NCBI GenBank assembly: GCA_038087875.1
Contig: CM075986.1
Span: 13,640,001-13,704,000 of the forward strand
Direction of reading: 5' to 3'
Length of the DNA stretch: 64,000 nucleotides
Origin: Malacoraja senta
Lineage: Eukaryota
The notes beneath the pieces were generated by a model. It did not search any database and was not told the origin of the DNA. It saw only the letters and a program-made list of their open reading frames with translations. Below, piece after piece: positions 63,580 through 64,000 of this stretch (positions are counted from its first letter, which is position 1; every line of letters begins with the position of its first letter). The position numbers were made by a program, and so were the translations under genes.

Positions 63580-64000
63580 ACAATCGCAAACTTGAATTCT
63601 ACTGTCCATTTTGTACTAGGACCTGGTGCACTGTTTGAGAATAAGGCAAGGTCCTTTAGGACTGAGATCAGACGAAAATTCTTCACTCCGGGAATGGCGA
63701 ATATTTGGAATTATGTACCCTGGATCACTGTGGAGGCTCAGTTACTTTATTCAGAGCACAGATCAATAATTTTCTGGACACAAAGGGGATAGTTCTAGAA
63801 AATGGTGCAGTGGTAAATGGTCAGCCATGATCTCATTAAATGACAAAGCACAAAGCAGCCTCAAAAGCCCAGGTGATAATTCCGATTATGCGCATATTTT
63901 TTTAAATCTGACTTTAATATCAATCCAAATATAATTTATCAAACATTCTAGATGAACAGATTGATTAAATTACCAGAACTTTTAAAAGTAAAGATGGAAA

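Noticed and set aside
51700-64000. Wnt9b or another neighbouring gene upstream
   Set aside because: No Wnt-like or other host-like peptide is visible in the ORF track; a very short first exon could be missed.
1-64000. CRISPR array or prokaryotic system
   Set aside because: Repeats are dispersed retroelements, not regularly spaced direct repeats with spacers; the context is a spliced vertebrate gene.

Overview
Vertebrate genomic DNA; the repeat complement (CR1/HER1-type LINE tails, HE1-like V-SINEs, one very abundant Penelope-derived repeat) points to a cartilaginous fish, probably a skate or ray (inference). The only host gene is Wnt3 on the minus strand: coding exons 1-3 at 51402-51323 (80 nt), 25702-25461 (242 nt) and 3050-2785 (266 nt), with GT-AG junctions and compatible phases, giving the first 196 codons. 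Later exon(s) lie left of the window. Introns 1 and 2 (about 25.6 and 22.4 kb) and the upstream region are filled with retroelement remains. The most notable hidden system is a family of roughly 30 short Penelope-like-element (PLE) terminal repeats. They carry a minimal hammerhead-ribozyme core (CUGAAGA-stem II-GAAACGUC), often occur as asymmetric inverted pairs, are flanked by 10-16 bp target-site duplications, and in three copies remain attached to a GIY-YIG endonuclease C-terminus. A separate RTE-derived short element (10267-10680) begins with a candidate HDV-like ribozyme fold. All calls were made by eye without database searches; repeat boundaries are approximate.
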